From: a virus
Lineage: Duplodnaviria > Caudoviricetes
Length of the DNA stretch: 64,000 nt
Virus record (IMG/VR): IMGVR_UViG_3300044630_004720
Reading direction: 5' to 3' (one strand)
The notes beneath the pieces were generated by a model, which was given only the letters and a program-made list of their open reading frames with translations, had not been told where the DNA came from and ran no database searches. Positions within the stretch are counted from its first letter, which is position 1. Each line of letters begins with the position of its first letter. Shown piece by piece: positions 37,275 through 48,500 of this stretch. A program made the translations under genes and the position numbers.

Positions 37275-40200
37275 ATGATACAAAAGCATAGAATTTATAC
37301 AAACATAGGTGAAGACCAGTATATCAAATTTGAAATAAAACAAGACTTTGATTTACTTGAGGTCTTATCTTTAAAAATGTCTCAAAGAGACGTTTATACA
37401 TCCCTTTGTGCCGATTATGGTGTTGTTTGCGGTAGACTAACAGTAAATAATGGATTCGGTGTCCCAAATGCAAGAGTATCTATATTCATTCCATTGGATG
37501 ATGACGATTCCGACGACCCTATAATTTCTGCATTATACCCTTACACAGACCTAACCGAAAAAGACGAAGATGGTTTTAGATATAATCTATTACCTGCCAG
37601 AAGACAACATAGTGGACACGCAGCCACAGGTACATTTCCGGACCAATCAGATATTCTTAATAGAGAAGAAGTTTTAGAGGTATTTGAAAAATATTATAAG
37701 TACACCGTAAGAACTAACGATGCGGGAGATTTTATGATTTGGGGGGTACCGTTAGGACAACAGACAATTGTTTGTGATGTTGACTTATCAGATATCGGGT
37801 GTTTTTCTTTAAGACCCGATGATTTTTTAAGACTTGGTTTTGGTGTTGATGATTTTAAAAACAAATATGAGTTTAAAGCATCAATGGATTTAGACTCATT
37901 ACCACAAATTAAAACATTTAGTAAAACAATTGAGGTATACCCATTTTGGGGTAATGAAGATTTATGTGAAATTGGGATTACAAGAACCGACTTTGATTTA
38001 TCAGACCAAGGAGTTAAGATAGAGCCGAAAGCTTACGTGATTGGTGGAACATATACTGAAGAAGGTAAAAAAGTAATCAATAGAAACTGTAGCGTCCCTA
38101 AAAATATGGGGAGAAAATGTGACCTTAAAACAAAAAAAGGTAAGATTGAGGCGATTAGATTTAAGGCGGAATATGATGCAAATGACAGACCAATCTTAGA
38201 ATTGTACGAAACAAACGAAGACATTCCTGAAGACGGTTCATTTATCATCTCAATTCCTATGAATATGGATTTTCTTTACACAAATGAGTTTGGTGAGAAT
38301 GAATATACAAATGACCCAAACAAAGGAATCCCAACATCCGCTTGTTATCGTTTTAGATTTTCATTATTAGATACGCCAACGGCAAGTTACTTAGCACCAA
38401 ACATTAGAGAATATCCAAATTACCTTAACCAACCACAAAGCCAATCATATGCTTGGTCATTAAATTATAAAGACTATCCATCACTTGCTCATAGTTTAAT
38501 ATTAAATAAAGTTGATGGATTTTATGTCCCACAAGATTATTTTTATCGTTTTAGTTATAATAAAGTTTATACTGTATCATCATTTCATAGTGCACAATAT
38601 AGAACAACGGGTCTATCAAGTAATAGAATTGTAGGGAGTAAGTTCGTTGGAATTAAAGATTTAGTTCCAAATGAACAAAATGAGTGCAATGATATTGCAG
38701 TTACTCCGCCTGTAAATTATGGATTTAGAAATTTTACATTCACATTATTAATTGCGGATGTTCTATTGTTTCTTGAACAGCTAGGTGTTAGTACGGGTTT
38801 GATTTTTAGTAATACCGTGGCTAAAATTTTTCACAGATTTGCAGATGCGGTTGATTTCTCTCCAATCAAAAAATTAAGTAAATCAATACGAAAATTTGCC
38901 TATGGTATACAAGATGGTGGACAAAGAGATTTATACTTGATTGAATATCCGTCTTGTCTTGAATGTAATAGAGACAATGAATATGGTACGTCCGGTGGTA
39001 GAGCGGGAGATGTTTCGGACTATTGCGTTGTTGGTACTGCACAAGTCGTAGGCTCAAGTAACGAAATGTCAAGAACATTAACTGTTAATAGTATTTCATT
39101 TGCAGTTGCAGACCCAATTATATGTTCAGGAGCAACGGCACCAACAGCTGTGTATTTTTATAATAATCAAACAGAATATTATATTAGTCACGGTGTTGAA
39201 GGTTATACTTTGGATGCAAGTACAAAGTTTGTTTCAGGAGCAACAATTACCTTTTTAGACCCCAACTCAATATTTCCCGATTCACAAACATATACTGTTG
39301 AAATTAGACAGAAAAGTGCATATGTCGGAACTGAGGAAGCTTTAGAAGAATTGGAAGAGGGATGTGAACTTTTTGATGTACCATATGATGAATCGGTAGT
39401 ACAATTATATTACACAAATACAGGAAGAACACCAACATCCCCGTCAATTAATGGAACTCCAACATATACTCCAGGTATGAATGTTCAGGCAACATTAATT
39501 TCTGATATCGCCCCCCGTAACTATCCATTATTATTAAATTATGAAGGGGACTCTTTTGTTCCGTTAACACCATCTGGTCAATCTGAATTTAAAAATGGAA
39601 TATTCACGATAATACCTGGTACATTAACGACAGGAAGAATTGTAAGAATAATGAGAGAATATAGAAAAAGAAGAAAGGTTGCTAAGATGTTTTGTGGAGG
39701 CGCTGTAAATTACTCTTTTGTTGATAATTGGTTATCTGGTTCATTATACTTTCCTCCATTTGAAATTAAAAGAAGAAAATATTGTGGTAATGTTGTTACA
39801 AAGGTAACTCAAACCAATATAAAAACGGGAGCACAAGAAGATATTTTCTATTATAAATCCGCCGCGTATAATGATGTTACTGGCGTGTGGGGTTCTACAA
39901 CATACAATACAAATAGAAGATTAAATAGACCAACAACTTTTGTCGATTTAGGACCAAGAGATGAGTTTATTAAAGAGATTTGTGTTGACCCTAATTTAGA
40001 CCCTAACTGTTCTGTTTCAAGAAACATCGGACCTACAACGTATAAAGATTTTGGTGAATTGTTAGGATTGGCAATTAATTATAGATTAGATGTTGGTCCA
40101 TATACTTTTGACTTTAACAATTTTTTTGATAACAATGGATACCCTTATTCAGGAGTAGGACATAAAGTTTTAGATGGTGATATTTTACAACTAATATCAA

Positions 40201-41042
40201 TTAATAATGAAGTAGGTATTGAAGGATTTGATTTACAAAACCCAAAATATATTGGTTACAGTTATCAGATATTAGACCCTGAAATCTATCCTGACATTTT
40301 CAAAAAAGGTAGTGTGTGGGGACCTTTACCCATTACTTTAGATTTAGATGAGGACGGTGAAAGAATTAGATTGTGTTTAAATGAACCATCACACCTTGCA
40401 AATGACGGTATTACACAAGTTCAAGGTAGATTAACTGAATCATCACAACCGGTACCATTCTTTTTATGGGATAAAAAAGGAACAGGATTTGGAGCATATA
40501 ATACATCGACACTCGATGACCAATCTTTTTCTTATACGGGGGTTACAGTACAACCTTTACAGGGAATGACATATGCGTACAACTTAACAGGTACCACTGA
40601 CGATTCATCAGACAAGTATCTATTGTTACCAATCACATATGATGGTGACGGGTTGGCGATATCAAACTTAAATGTGGTTGATGATGAAGGTGAAATGTTT
40701 GACTCAATAGTTTCAGGTGTCACAGGAAACGAATATCAACAATATAACACAGAATATCCGGGATACACGGTTCTTGTTGTTACGAGTGGAACACTTGAAA
40801 ATCCTTTGACAGGTACACTGTGGACACGTTATAGTTCGGCGGGTACTTGGCATAGTTTAGCTTGGACAAGCGGCACTGATTTTATTATTAGAAAAACAAG
40901 AGACTATTATAGTGGTACAAAACAAATATTATCAACACCATTCTTATTCTATTTTGGATTGAAACCTGGTGCAACAGGATTAGATAAGTTCATTGAAAGA
41001 TTTGGACCTAAAGATGCATTTAAAACAACAGATGATTTCTAA
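37275..41042 (+). CDS. Large baseplate/virion structural protein
   Basis: N-terminal transthyretin/carboxypeptidase-regulatory-like segment (VCGRL...GVPNARVSIF...TNDAGDFMIWGVPLG); follows gp6; TATTTAT at 37262. Confidence 0.5.
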   Translation: MIQKHRIYTNIGEDQYIKFEIKQDFDLLEVLSLKMSQRDVYTSLCADYGVVCGRLTVNNGFGVPNARVSIFIPLDDDDSDDPIISALYPYTDLTEKDEDGFRYNLLPARRQHSGHAATGTFPDQSDILNREEVLEVFEKYYKYTVRTNDAGDFMIWGVPLGQQTIVCDVDLSDIGCFSLRPDDFLRLGFGVDDFKNKYEFKASMDLDSLPQIKTFSKTIEVYPFWGNEDLCEIGITRTDFDLSDQGVKIEPKAYVIGGTYTEEGKKVINRNCSVPKNMGRKCDLKTKKGKIEAIRFKAEYDANDRPILELYETNEDIPEDGSFIISIPMNMDFLYTNEFGENEYTNDPNKGIPTSACYRFRFSLLDTPTASYLAPNIREYPNYLNQPQSQSYAWSLNYKDYPSLAHSLILNKVDGFYVPQDYFYRFSYNKVYTVSSFHSAQYRTTGLSSNRIVGSKFVGIKDLVPNEQNECNDIAVTPPVNYGFRNFTFTLLIADVLLFLEQLGVSTGLIFSNTVAKIFHRFADAVDFSPIKKLSKSIRKFAYGIQDGGQRDLYLIEYPSCLECNRDNEYGTSGGRAGDVSDYCVVGTAQVVGSSNEMSRTLTVNSISFAVADPIICSGATAPTAVYFYNNQTEYYISHGVEGYTLDASTKFVSGATITFLDPNSIFPDSQTYTVEIRQKSAYVGTEEALEELEEGCELFDVPYDESVVQLYYTNTGRTPTSPSINGTPTYTPGMNVQATLISDIAPRNYPLLLNYEGDSFVPLTPSGQSEFKNGIFTIIPGTLTTGRIVRIMREYRKRRKVAKMFCGGAVNYSFVDNWLSGSLYFPPFEIKRRKYCGNVVTKVTQTNIKTGAQEDIFYYKSAAYNDVTGVWGSTTYNTNRRLNRPTTFVDLGPRDEFIKEICVDPNLDPNCSVSRNIGPTTYKDFGELLGLAINYRLDVGPYTFDFNNFFDNNGYPYSGVGHKVLDGDILQLISINNEVGIEGFDLQNPKYIGYSYQILDPEIYPDIFKKGSVWGPLPITLDLDEDGERIRLCLNEPSHLANDGITQVQGRLTESSQPVPFFLWDKKGTGFGAYNTSTLDDQSFSYTGVTVQPLQGMTYAYNLTGTTDDSSDKYLLLPITYDGDGLAISNLNVVDDEGEMFDSIVSGVTGNEYQQYNTEYPGYTVLVVTSGTLENPLTGTLWTRYSSAGTWHSLAWTSGTDFIIRKTRDYYSGTKQILSTPFLFYFGLKPGATGLDKFIERFGPKDAFKTTDDF

Positions 41043-42829
41043 TGGAAAAAAGAAAAGTCATATTACCAGAAAAAAGATTTGCTAAGGCATCCTCCGAAGA
41101 TTTAAATTTATCAATTAAATTATCTGAAGAAAAAAGTTTGTTAACAAACGACGAGAGAGAATATATTTTAGATATAAATGAGTTGTTTAGTGCCGAAAGA
41201 AATGATTGTAAGAGATATAAAATATTTGGTAAAATAAGACCAATATTTAGAAATATGTACAGTGGTACCACATCATATGGACCACTAAGTGAACAATTGG
41301 CGTTGGTCGGTGATGGAACAGGAACTTATGTTGGTTATTTACCATATAACGAATTCGCATTTCTAAGAAATGATGTTTATAGAGAATCTATTCCTGACAT
41401 TGACGTATCATCACTATCAACATTTACAGGTTTTACACTAAGTAAAACAGGAACAACATCACATCAAACAATAACACCAATGGAGGCTCCATATCACAAT
41501 TGGAATCTTTATGTAAGTTATGTCTATACAGGTGATACAAATTACCCAATGAAGTATACTCTTTCAGGTAATACTGTGCAATCATTTGTAAGTGGTGACG
41601 GAATACCTTTTAGAGTAAGTGATAACGGGGTTTCATATAGACTAACGAGTCCAATGGACCACGGTCTAGGTGAAGGTGAGTTTATAATATTGGATGATTA
41701 TCCATATTATGTAAATTCAATTGGTAATGAATATTACAACTCAGAATTATTTGTTGTTGATATTTTAAAATCACAAATACCGTCAGGAACAACTACATTT
41801 AATAATGCAATTGTCATTGGTAAGAGGTGTATAGATTCAAAAAATATAAACGAAACTACATCTCAATATTATGTTCATAAATTAAAAACACTTACCAATA
41901 GTGAGGATTATATTTTAGATAAAGCAGGATTTGAAAATCAAATTTTTGAACACGAAAGAAAATTATTATTTGAGAATGCCGCACAACAAAATGATGTATT
42001 GGTAGAAAGAAATAGACCGGAAACACTTCTTTTTGATTTCAAAGAACCATTTGTTTTAACTGGTTTAACAAATAATTTAAATTACGAACCAACAGAATTA
42101 TACCTATCAATCTTATTTAGAAATGGAAATGGGTACTTCCAATATCCACCAAAAGTTGGATGGAAAATGAATCTTCATAACGAATGGATTGACACTCATT
42201 TCAGTGGTACAACTAAAACATTACCACCATTTGAAAGTGGTATGGGGTCCGGCTATACATTTACAAATAGTGGAATCACTTTTACAAGTGGAACCACACT
42301 CCCAATAGGAACGATTTTAACAGGTGCATTCGTTGAATATAATCCATATGAAATGAAAGAAAGAATAATTTCAGAATCATATCATAGAATTGCAAACCCA
42401 ACAACAATATTTAATTACGACCAAGACGATACTCAACCAGGATTTAGTGGTGCAACAGCTAGTAATATGTTTGGTGTAATTTATCAACCACATCATCGAG
42501 TAAAAGTAAGAGAGTTATCACCTTATACTGAAACATCCACATCTCCCGATGTGGATAACATTCCACAGAACGCTAGATATTTTCCGAACGAGAATTTATG
42601 GAAGTGGAGAGACGTGTACGATTATGGATATATTGATGATTTAGGATATGGTGTGGATTTTCCATTTATGAACAATGTACATTACGTAAGAAACGATATT
42701 AATTTTTATATGAGAAATGAAAAATCATATAAACACAAGGCTGATGGTTTATTTGATTTTGATTCTTTCTTTAATAAGAACAGTAACAAGAATAAGAAAT
42801 TAAACAGAAATAGAAATAAAAAGTGTTAA
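41042..42829 (+). CDS. Putative baseplate structural protein
   Basis: Stop/start-coupled to its neighbours in the baseplate operon; SGT-rich. Confidence 0.5.
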   Translation: MEKRKVILPEKRFAKASSEDLNLSIKLSEEKSLLTNDEREYILDINELFSAERNDCKRYKIFGKIRPIFRNMYSGTTSYGPLSEQLALVGDGTGTYVGYLPYNEFAFLRNDVYRESIPDIDVSSLSTFTGFTLSKTGTTSHQTITPMEAPYHNWNLYVSYVYTGDTNYPMKYTLSGNTVQSFVSGDGIPFRVSDNGVSYRLTSPMDHGLGEGEFIILDDYPYYVNSIGNEYYNSELFVVDILKSQIPSGTTTFNNAIVIGKRCIDSKNINETTSQYYVHKLKTLTNSEDYILDKAGFENQIFEHERKLLFENAAQQNDVLVERNRPETLLFDFKEPFVLTGLTNNLNYEPTELYLSILFRNGNGYFQYPPKVGWKMNLHNEWIDTHFSGTTKTLPPFESGMGSGYTFTNSGITFTSGTTLPIGTILTGAFVEYNPYEMKERIISESYHRIANPTTIFNYDQDDTQPGFSGATASNMFGVIYQPHHRVKVRELSPYTETSTSPDVDNIPQNARYFPNENLWKWRDVYDYGYIDDLGYGVDFPFMNNVHYVRNDINFYMRNEKSYKHKADGLFDFDSFFNKNSNKNKKLNRNRNKKC

Positions 42830-43632
42830 TGGAAATAAGAAAAGACGATATCGGTAGCGTGTTTTTAAATATGGAAACAAACTTCAAACCCGATTTAGGG
42901 AGAGAAGAGAGTTTACAGTTATTTGAGTCTGAGACTATCAGAAGTATAATAAACCCTATTGACAATTATGAAACTGTCAGATTCATACACAATCCATATT
43001 CTGGTATCACTTCAAACTCAACTGACACGCAATCTGACATTTGGTTTCAATTTTATTTTTATAACGGTTCAACACACACAGGAGGTTTAGACTATTCTTT
43101 AGTTGGTATTGATAATATGACCAACGCAAAACAATTAAGACAAACAACAAGCACGTTTTTCAAATTAGAATTTTTTATAGTACCTGATGGACAACAACCT
43201 GAAAGAGGAAATAGAAAATTAGTTTTTTCTAAAACACTAACGATGCCTTTGGGTGAAAAAGTTTTCTTCACACCATTCGGTGATTATATACACGTACCTA
43301 TTTTCAGTGGTTCAAATTATAGAAATAAAGAAAATATGTATCTTTTTTGGTTTCAGGAAATTGATTCTTTTGAAGGAACATATCTAACAGGAACTACTTT
43401 TTATATGACTGCCAGATTTTTTAATGGAAATGATGGTAGTATTCTTAATTTTTCTAACACATCAAAATCTAAAACAACTTCAATAAATGAGTCAAATGAT
43501 TTATATTATAAGGTAATTATAGATAGGTCTAATTATTCGTATGAGGTTTTCAGATATACGGGAACCACAGGTTCAAGAATAGGTAAATCAGGAGACCCAA
43601 TAAAATTTTATGAAGTAGAATCTGGTGGTTAA
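42829..43632 (+). CDS. Putative structural protein
   Basis: TAATG overlap with the upstream gene supports a start at 42829; ends ...EVESGG. Confidence 0.5.
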   Translation: MEIRKDDIGSVFLNMETNFKPDLGREESLQLFESETIRSIINPIDNYETVRFIHNPYSGITSNSTDTQSDIWFQFYFYNGSTHTGGLDYSLVGIDNMTNAKQLRQTTSTFFKLEFFIVPDGQQPERGNRKLVFSKTLTMPLGEKVFFTPFGDYIHVPIFSGSNYRNKENMYLFWFQEIDSFEGTYLTGTTFYMTARFFNGNDGSILNFSNTSKSKTTSINESNDLYYKVIIDRSNYSYEVFRYTGTTGSRIGKSGDPIKFYEVESGG

Positions 43633-44576
43633 TGGAAAAATTAGAATACAAAATATTAAAAACAACTACCGGTTTAACTTATAATCTACCTATTTTTTTA
43701 GGTCAGGGTATTAAGGATTTGGGACAAATGATTGGTTTTGACGGAGAAATAAGTCAAATAGAGCAGAAATGTAATTTTACTTATAGCGGGAGTTCAAACA
43801 ACATCAAAATTTACAACACCGTAAACACAACAAAATACCCAACGTTATTTGATGCTAACTTTACCATTAATTGGGGAGACGGGACTACAAGTTCAATATC
43901 AACATCCAATATTAATGAATCAAATGAAGTTGCATTGAAAACTGCAAACCACACTTATTCAACTTCAGGAACGTATATAATTAAAATTACATTAAACTCA
44001 CCTTGGATTGTAACCGAAGTGAAGAAAAGTGTTAAAGTACCATTTGTCCAATCTTTTGGATACCCTACCAATTTAGGAGAATTAACATTTACAATACCAT
44101 ATTCAAATCCACCAATTACTGGTGTAACACAAGATTACCTACTTGATTACCGAACGACCACAGGAACTACGAATCACACGACCATTTCCTTTTTGGGTTT
44201 AGGTAAAAGTAGAATCGATGAGAAAAAACTTTATGGTGCAACAACATCATACACAGGTGTAACCACAACAAGTGAATACAAAGAATATAATATTGACGGA
44301 TTAACATATAGAGATTATAATGACGGTTACACCTACATATCAGGTTCAACTTCAGGAAGTACAAGTACTTTCTTTACTGACGAGGTATATAACGGAATGA
44401 TAACGAGAAATGAACATTTTTTGGGATTTATCGACGAACCACAAATTTTCTCAGACATTTTTGTGGATAGAGGTAAACAAGGAATTATGGAAAAAAATTT
44501 CAGATTAACGGAAATCGACAATACCGGTGAATTGAGTGTGTACGGTAATGGATATTTTATAGTAAGAAAACAATAA
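43632..44576 (+). CDS. Structural protein with a PKD-like domain
   Basis: FTINWGDGTT...HTYSTSGTYIIKITL is a PKD signature. Confidence 0.6.
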   Translation: MEKLEYKILKTTTGLTYNLPIFLGQGIKDLGQMIGFDGEISQIEQKCNFTYSGSSNNIKIYNTVNTTKYPTLFDANFTINWGDGTTSSISTSNINESNEVALKTANHTYSTSGTYIIKITLNSPWIVTEVKKSVKVPFVQSFGYPTNLGELTFTIPYSNPPITGVTQDYLLDYRTTTGTTNHTTISFLGLGKSRIDEKKLYGATTSYTGVTTTSEYKEYNIDGLTYRDYNDGYTYISGSTSGSTSTFFTDEVYNGMITRNEHFLGFIDEPQIFSDIFVDRGKQGIMEKNFRLTEIDNTGELSVYGNGYFIVRKQ

Positions 44577-44600
44577 AAATTATATTTATAGATAAAAAGT

Positions 44601-45512
44601 ATGGCAGTAGGTAGTTACGGAACAATAAGACCAGCAGATGTATCCCCAGCGGACGTTGATATTTTCTATCATTACGTTTCGGGAAGAACTGCCAGTGCTG
44701 AAGTTCAGTTCGAAAAATTAGATAATTCACAAGATATTTTGACCCCTGTATTCCATAATGCAAATACAGGAGGTAATGCCGATACTGAAATATTAGGTGG
44801 TTTGTATAACTTGAAATTAGAATCTTCACGATTCTCTGAATTAGGAATATATACACTTTACCTAAGACCAAAACAAATTAGAACCACGGTTTCGGATTGT
44901 GGTGTCTTATCGTCACTTCCTTCTGTTAGAGGTTTGGTAATTGATTTAAGTGTAATAGACCCCGCAGATAGAAATAAATTTACACCACAAGGATTGGTAG
45001 GGTATAGAATAGAATATTTGGACGCCGATTCGGGTGCAAAAATTCCTAATTTCTTTAGAATAGTTACATCATCCTTTTATTGTGAACCAATTACCTCAAA
45101 CTTAAGTAATTCATCACAAAAAGCAATTAGATACCGTTATTCCGATATTGCAACCAATTTAATGTTTTTAACATTAACACCAAGTTCATCACCAACTAGT
45201 AGACCCAACACCATTCCGTTTATTGGTCAACCGAACCAAAGTATCATTTTATCGAACACCTTTTTCAATCCTGTTATGTTAGAGATTGATATGGTAGAAC
45301 ACGACGCAACAACATTGGCACACGCACTTTACGGTAACCAAAGTAAGTCGGTTGAGGATGGTATTTACACGATTTATGACCAAAATAATAATATCTATAA
45401 GCAATTTAACTTATATGAAATCAAAGATGATGTTAATGAAACGTTATACGAAATTAGAGAAAAACGTGATAACATTGACGAATCATTAAATTTTGATGTT
45501 ATAACTGAATAA
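44601..45512 (+). CDS. Putative baseplate structural protein
   Basis: TATTTATA at 44583; coupled to the downstream giant ORF; no named family recognised. Confidence 0.5.
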   Translation: MAVGSYGTIRPADVSPADVDIFYHYVSGRTASAEVQFEKLDNSQDILTPVFHNANTGGNADTEILGGLYNLKLESSRFSELGIYTLYLRPKQIRTTVSDCGVLSSLPSVRGLVIDLSVIDPADRNKFTPQGLVGYRIEYLDADSGAKIPNFFRIVTSSFYCEPITSNLSNSSQKAIRYRYSDIATNLMFLTLTPSSSPTSRPNTIPFIGQPNQSIILSNTFFNPVMLEIDMVEHDATTLAHALYGNQSKSVEDGIYTIYDQNNNIYKQFNLYEIKDDVNETLYEIREKRDNIDESLNFDVITE

Positions 45513-48500
45513 TGGCAACAAGGAAAGTCCCTAGTCAGGCGGCAAGTGGTGGTGAAACTTTTAATGACAAGCTGATTGGTCTACAGATTACAGACGGTAG
45601 TTCTCAGCTGGCTAACACCGCGTTCCTTATAGATAGAGTAATTCCAGAAAAAGACAGTAAGAATTTTTTAACCCAACCCTTTTCTGATTTTCTAACATTA
45701 GATACATTACAAGAAGAGACAAGTCAGATTTACGAAAATAACTCAACAAGTACTTCATTTGAAAGAAGTAAAAAGATTAAGTTTCACAATTCAAAATCTG
45801 ATGCGACAAAATCATTGTTTGGTTCTTTAAGTGTTAGGTTAAGTGTTGCAGTTTCAAATGTTATAGAAAAATATCCGGCAGCGATGTTAGTCGATGTTGA
45901 CTCTCCGGTGTCAACAACAAGTATCAGTGCTGAAGACATTTCATATGACGGTATTGCCAATACCACACAATTTAAATTTAAGAAGTCTTTAATTTACAAT
46001 CCGTTCGACATTGTTATACAACAACCAGAATCAGTTGTAATTTTAAATTCTAAAAACACATATAGAGATTTTTATTCTTCATATACAAAATATGTAATTG
46101 ATAATTTAAGCGGCTCAACCTATGAAATCTTATCTTATGATGAACCAGATAATAATGGTTACATTAATTTAAGAGTTTCAGGTAAGTGTTTTGCAAATAC
46201 AACGGGGTATACCGAAAATTATTTGATAAGACCAAATAATGGTGTTACTGAAGAATTTTTTAATAGTTTAGACGAACTAGAAACATCATTAGTCGATAGA
46301 GAATCATATCCAAAATACACCGCGTCATTTAGAATTCCAATGGATTTATATGACGGGGCGGTTAGTGAATTACAAACAGAAACCGCAACTTGGCCAATAT
46401 CTAGAGATGGATGGAACTTACAAATTATCGGTTTAGATTATGAATCTTACATTACAAGATTAAGTAACATTGGTAATATCGTTGATGATTACAAATCAAA
46501 TTTAATTATTAGATTTTTATCATCACCACAACTTTTCGAATTTGATACCGAAGAAAAAAAGGCGGAAGCAATTTTCCAACTTTATGGTCAAAGTTTTGAC
46601 AAGGTAAAAAAATTCATAGACAATATTGCTTATATGAGGAATGTTAGTTATGACAAAACTAACAATGTTCCTGATGTATTGTTAAAAAACCTATCCGAAA
46701 CTTTAGGATTATCAACAGTAAATTTATACGATGAGAAATCGTTACAGGATACCTTATACACAAGACATACACAACAATATGATGGTGTATTAACAGGATT
46801 AAACTTGTTAGAAGGTGAATATGAGTTTTATAGAAGATTAATTGTAAACTTAGCACATTTATATAAAACGAAAGGTACAAGGTTAGCCATTGAATTTTTC
46901 TTAAAGTTCATAGGTGCTCCTGAACCAATGATTAGGTTGGACGAATACATCTATAAAGTAGATGGATTATTACCAAAATCAACGTATGAGAATGACATCA
47001 GAGAAGTAATTTTAGGTGTTAAAGAATTCCATACGATGGAATTTGTTCCAACAACCACAACGATAAATGGTACAACATATTCAGCATACACATATCGATT
47101 AGTTACCACATCGGGTTCCACAACATTAACAAGAGACGAATATCCTGTTTATAGTGATGGAACACCAAAAGCAAAAAATAGTTTAGATGGTAGTCATTAT
47201 TTCGCTAAAGGTGCTGGTTGGTATAGAAAAACATTAGACCATAGGTCAATTGATATATTAGATACTGAAAATTCAGTTTTAACAGGAAATACTAAAGTAT
47301 TAAAAACCAAATCAAAACCGTTCACATATGGTGAAGATTATTTTAATGTTTATAGAAAATTACCCGGTTTAGATTATGGATACGATTTAAATGGAGAAAT
47401 CAATAATGATAAAACAGAAATTATTGATGATAGTGAAGTTGAACATATTTTAAATAGAAAAAATGTAAACATTTTCTTAGACGGTTCAAGAGCGATTGAC
47501 TATGACATCTACACAAAAAGTAGAAACTTAAGTTTAACATTTGGTACATTACCACCACAAGAAAAACCTTCTTTTGCTGAGTTTTTAAAGGAGGCAATTA
47601 GTAACGTTATTCGAAATTCTAATACTATTAAGTATAGAAAAGAGTATCGTTTATTAAAGAAGGTTTATGAAGACTATGCAAATAGTAATGGATTCACTCC
47701 ATACAACTATATTAAAATAAATGAATTCATTCAAAGAATGAGTCCATATTGGGTTAATATAATTGACCAATTTGTTCCTGCAACAACTCAATGGTTGGGA
47801 GGTAATTTAATTGAAAACGGAACATTCGGAAGGTCTAAATTTCAATACAAACAACCTTGTACACCAAAAGAATTTGTTGAAGTTCTATATCCTGATTTTG
47901 AAACTGTAATTGAAGAAGATTTAGAAACAATATTAGGAGGGGGTACAACAACATATGAAGCATCAAATTATGATAGTTTAAGGGGATTATCAATATTAAC
48001 TGGTTTAACATACACAATTTATTTAAGAATAAATGATGTTGAATTTAATCAGAGTACATCAGTTTTAAATGATGAGATATTTGGAACCGGTTTCACTTCA
48101 ACAGCATCTTGTCTTCCTTTAGTATATACGGGTTCAACATCAGGTATACCACTTATTTGTGGATATAAGGGTGACTATAGTAATAGTGATAGTACCGTAA
48201 ATGGAATTAATAATTGGCAGGGAATTAACTTAGATTTACCAACAATAAAAACTATTTGGAAAAATAGTTTAACAAGTTTGGTACAAAAAATTAACGATGG
48301 TTTAACGGGTTTAACTGAAAACAATACAATTACAAAAATCACATTTGATGATTATGGTTGTATTGATGAATATGCACCATATACCGCTCAAACAAATACT
48401 TCTAGTTGTAGGCAAGTCACAAAGAATTCATTATCCGTAAACTTTTTTATTGATACTGATGGTGTTGAGAAAGCTAAATTCATATTGGACACAACAGATT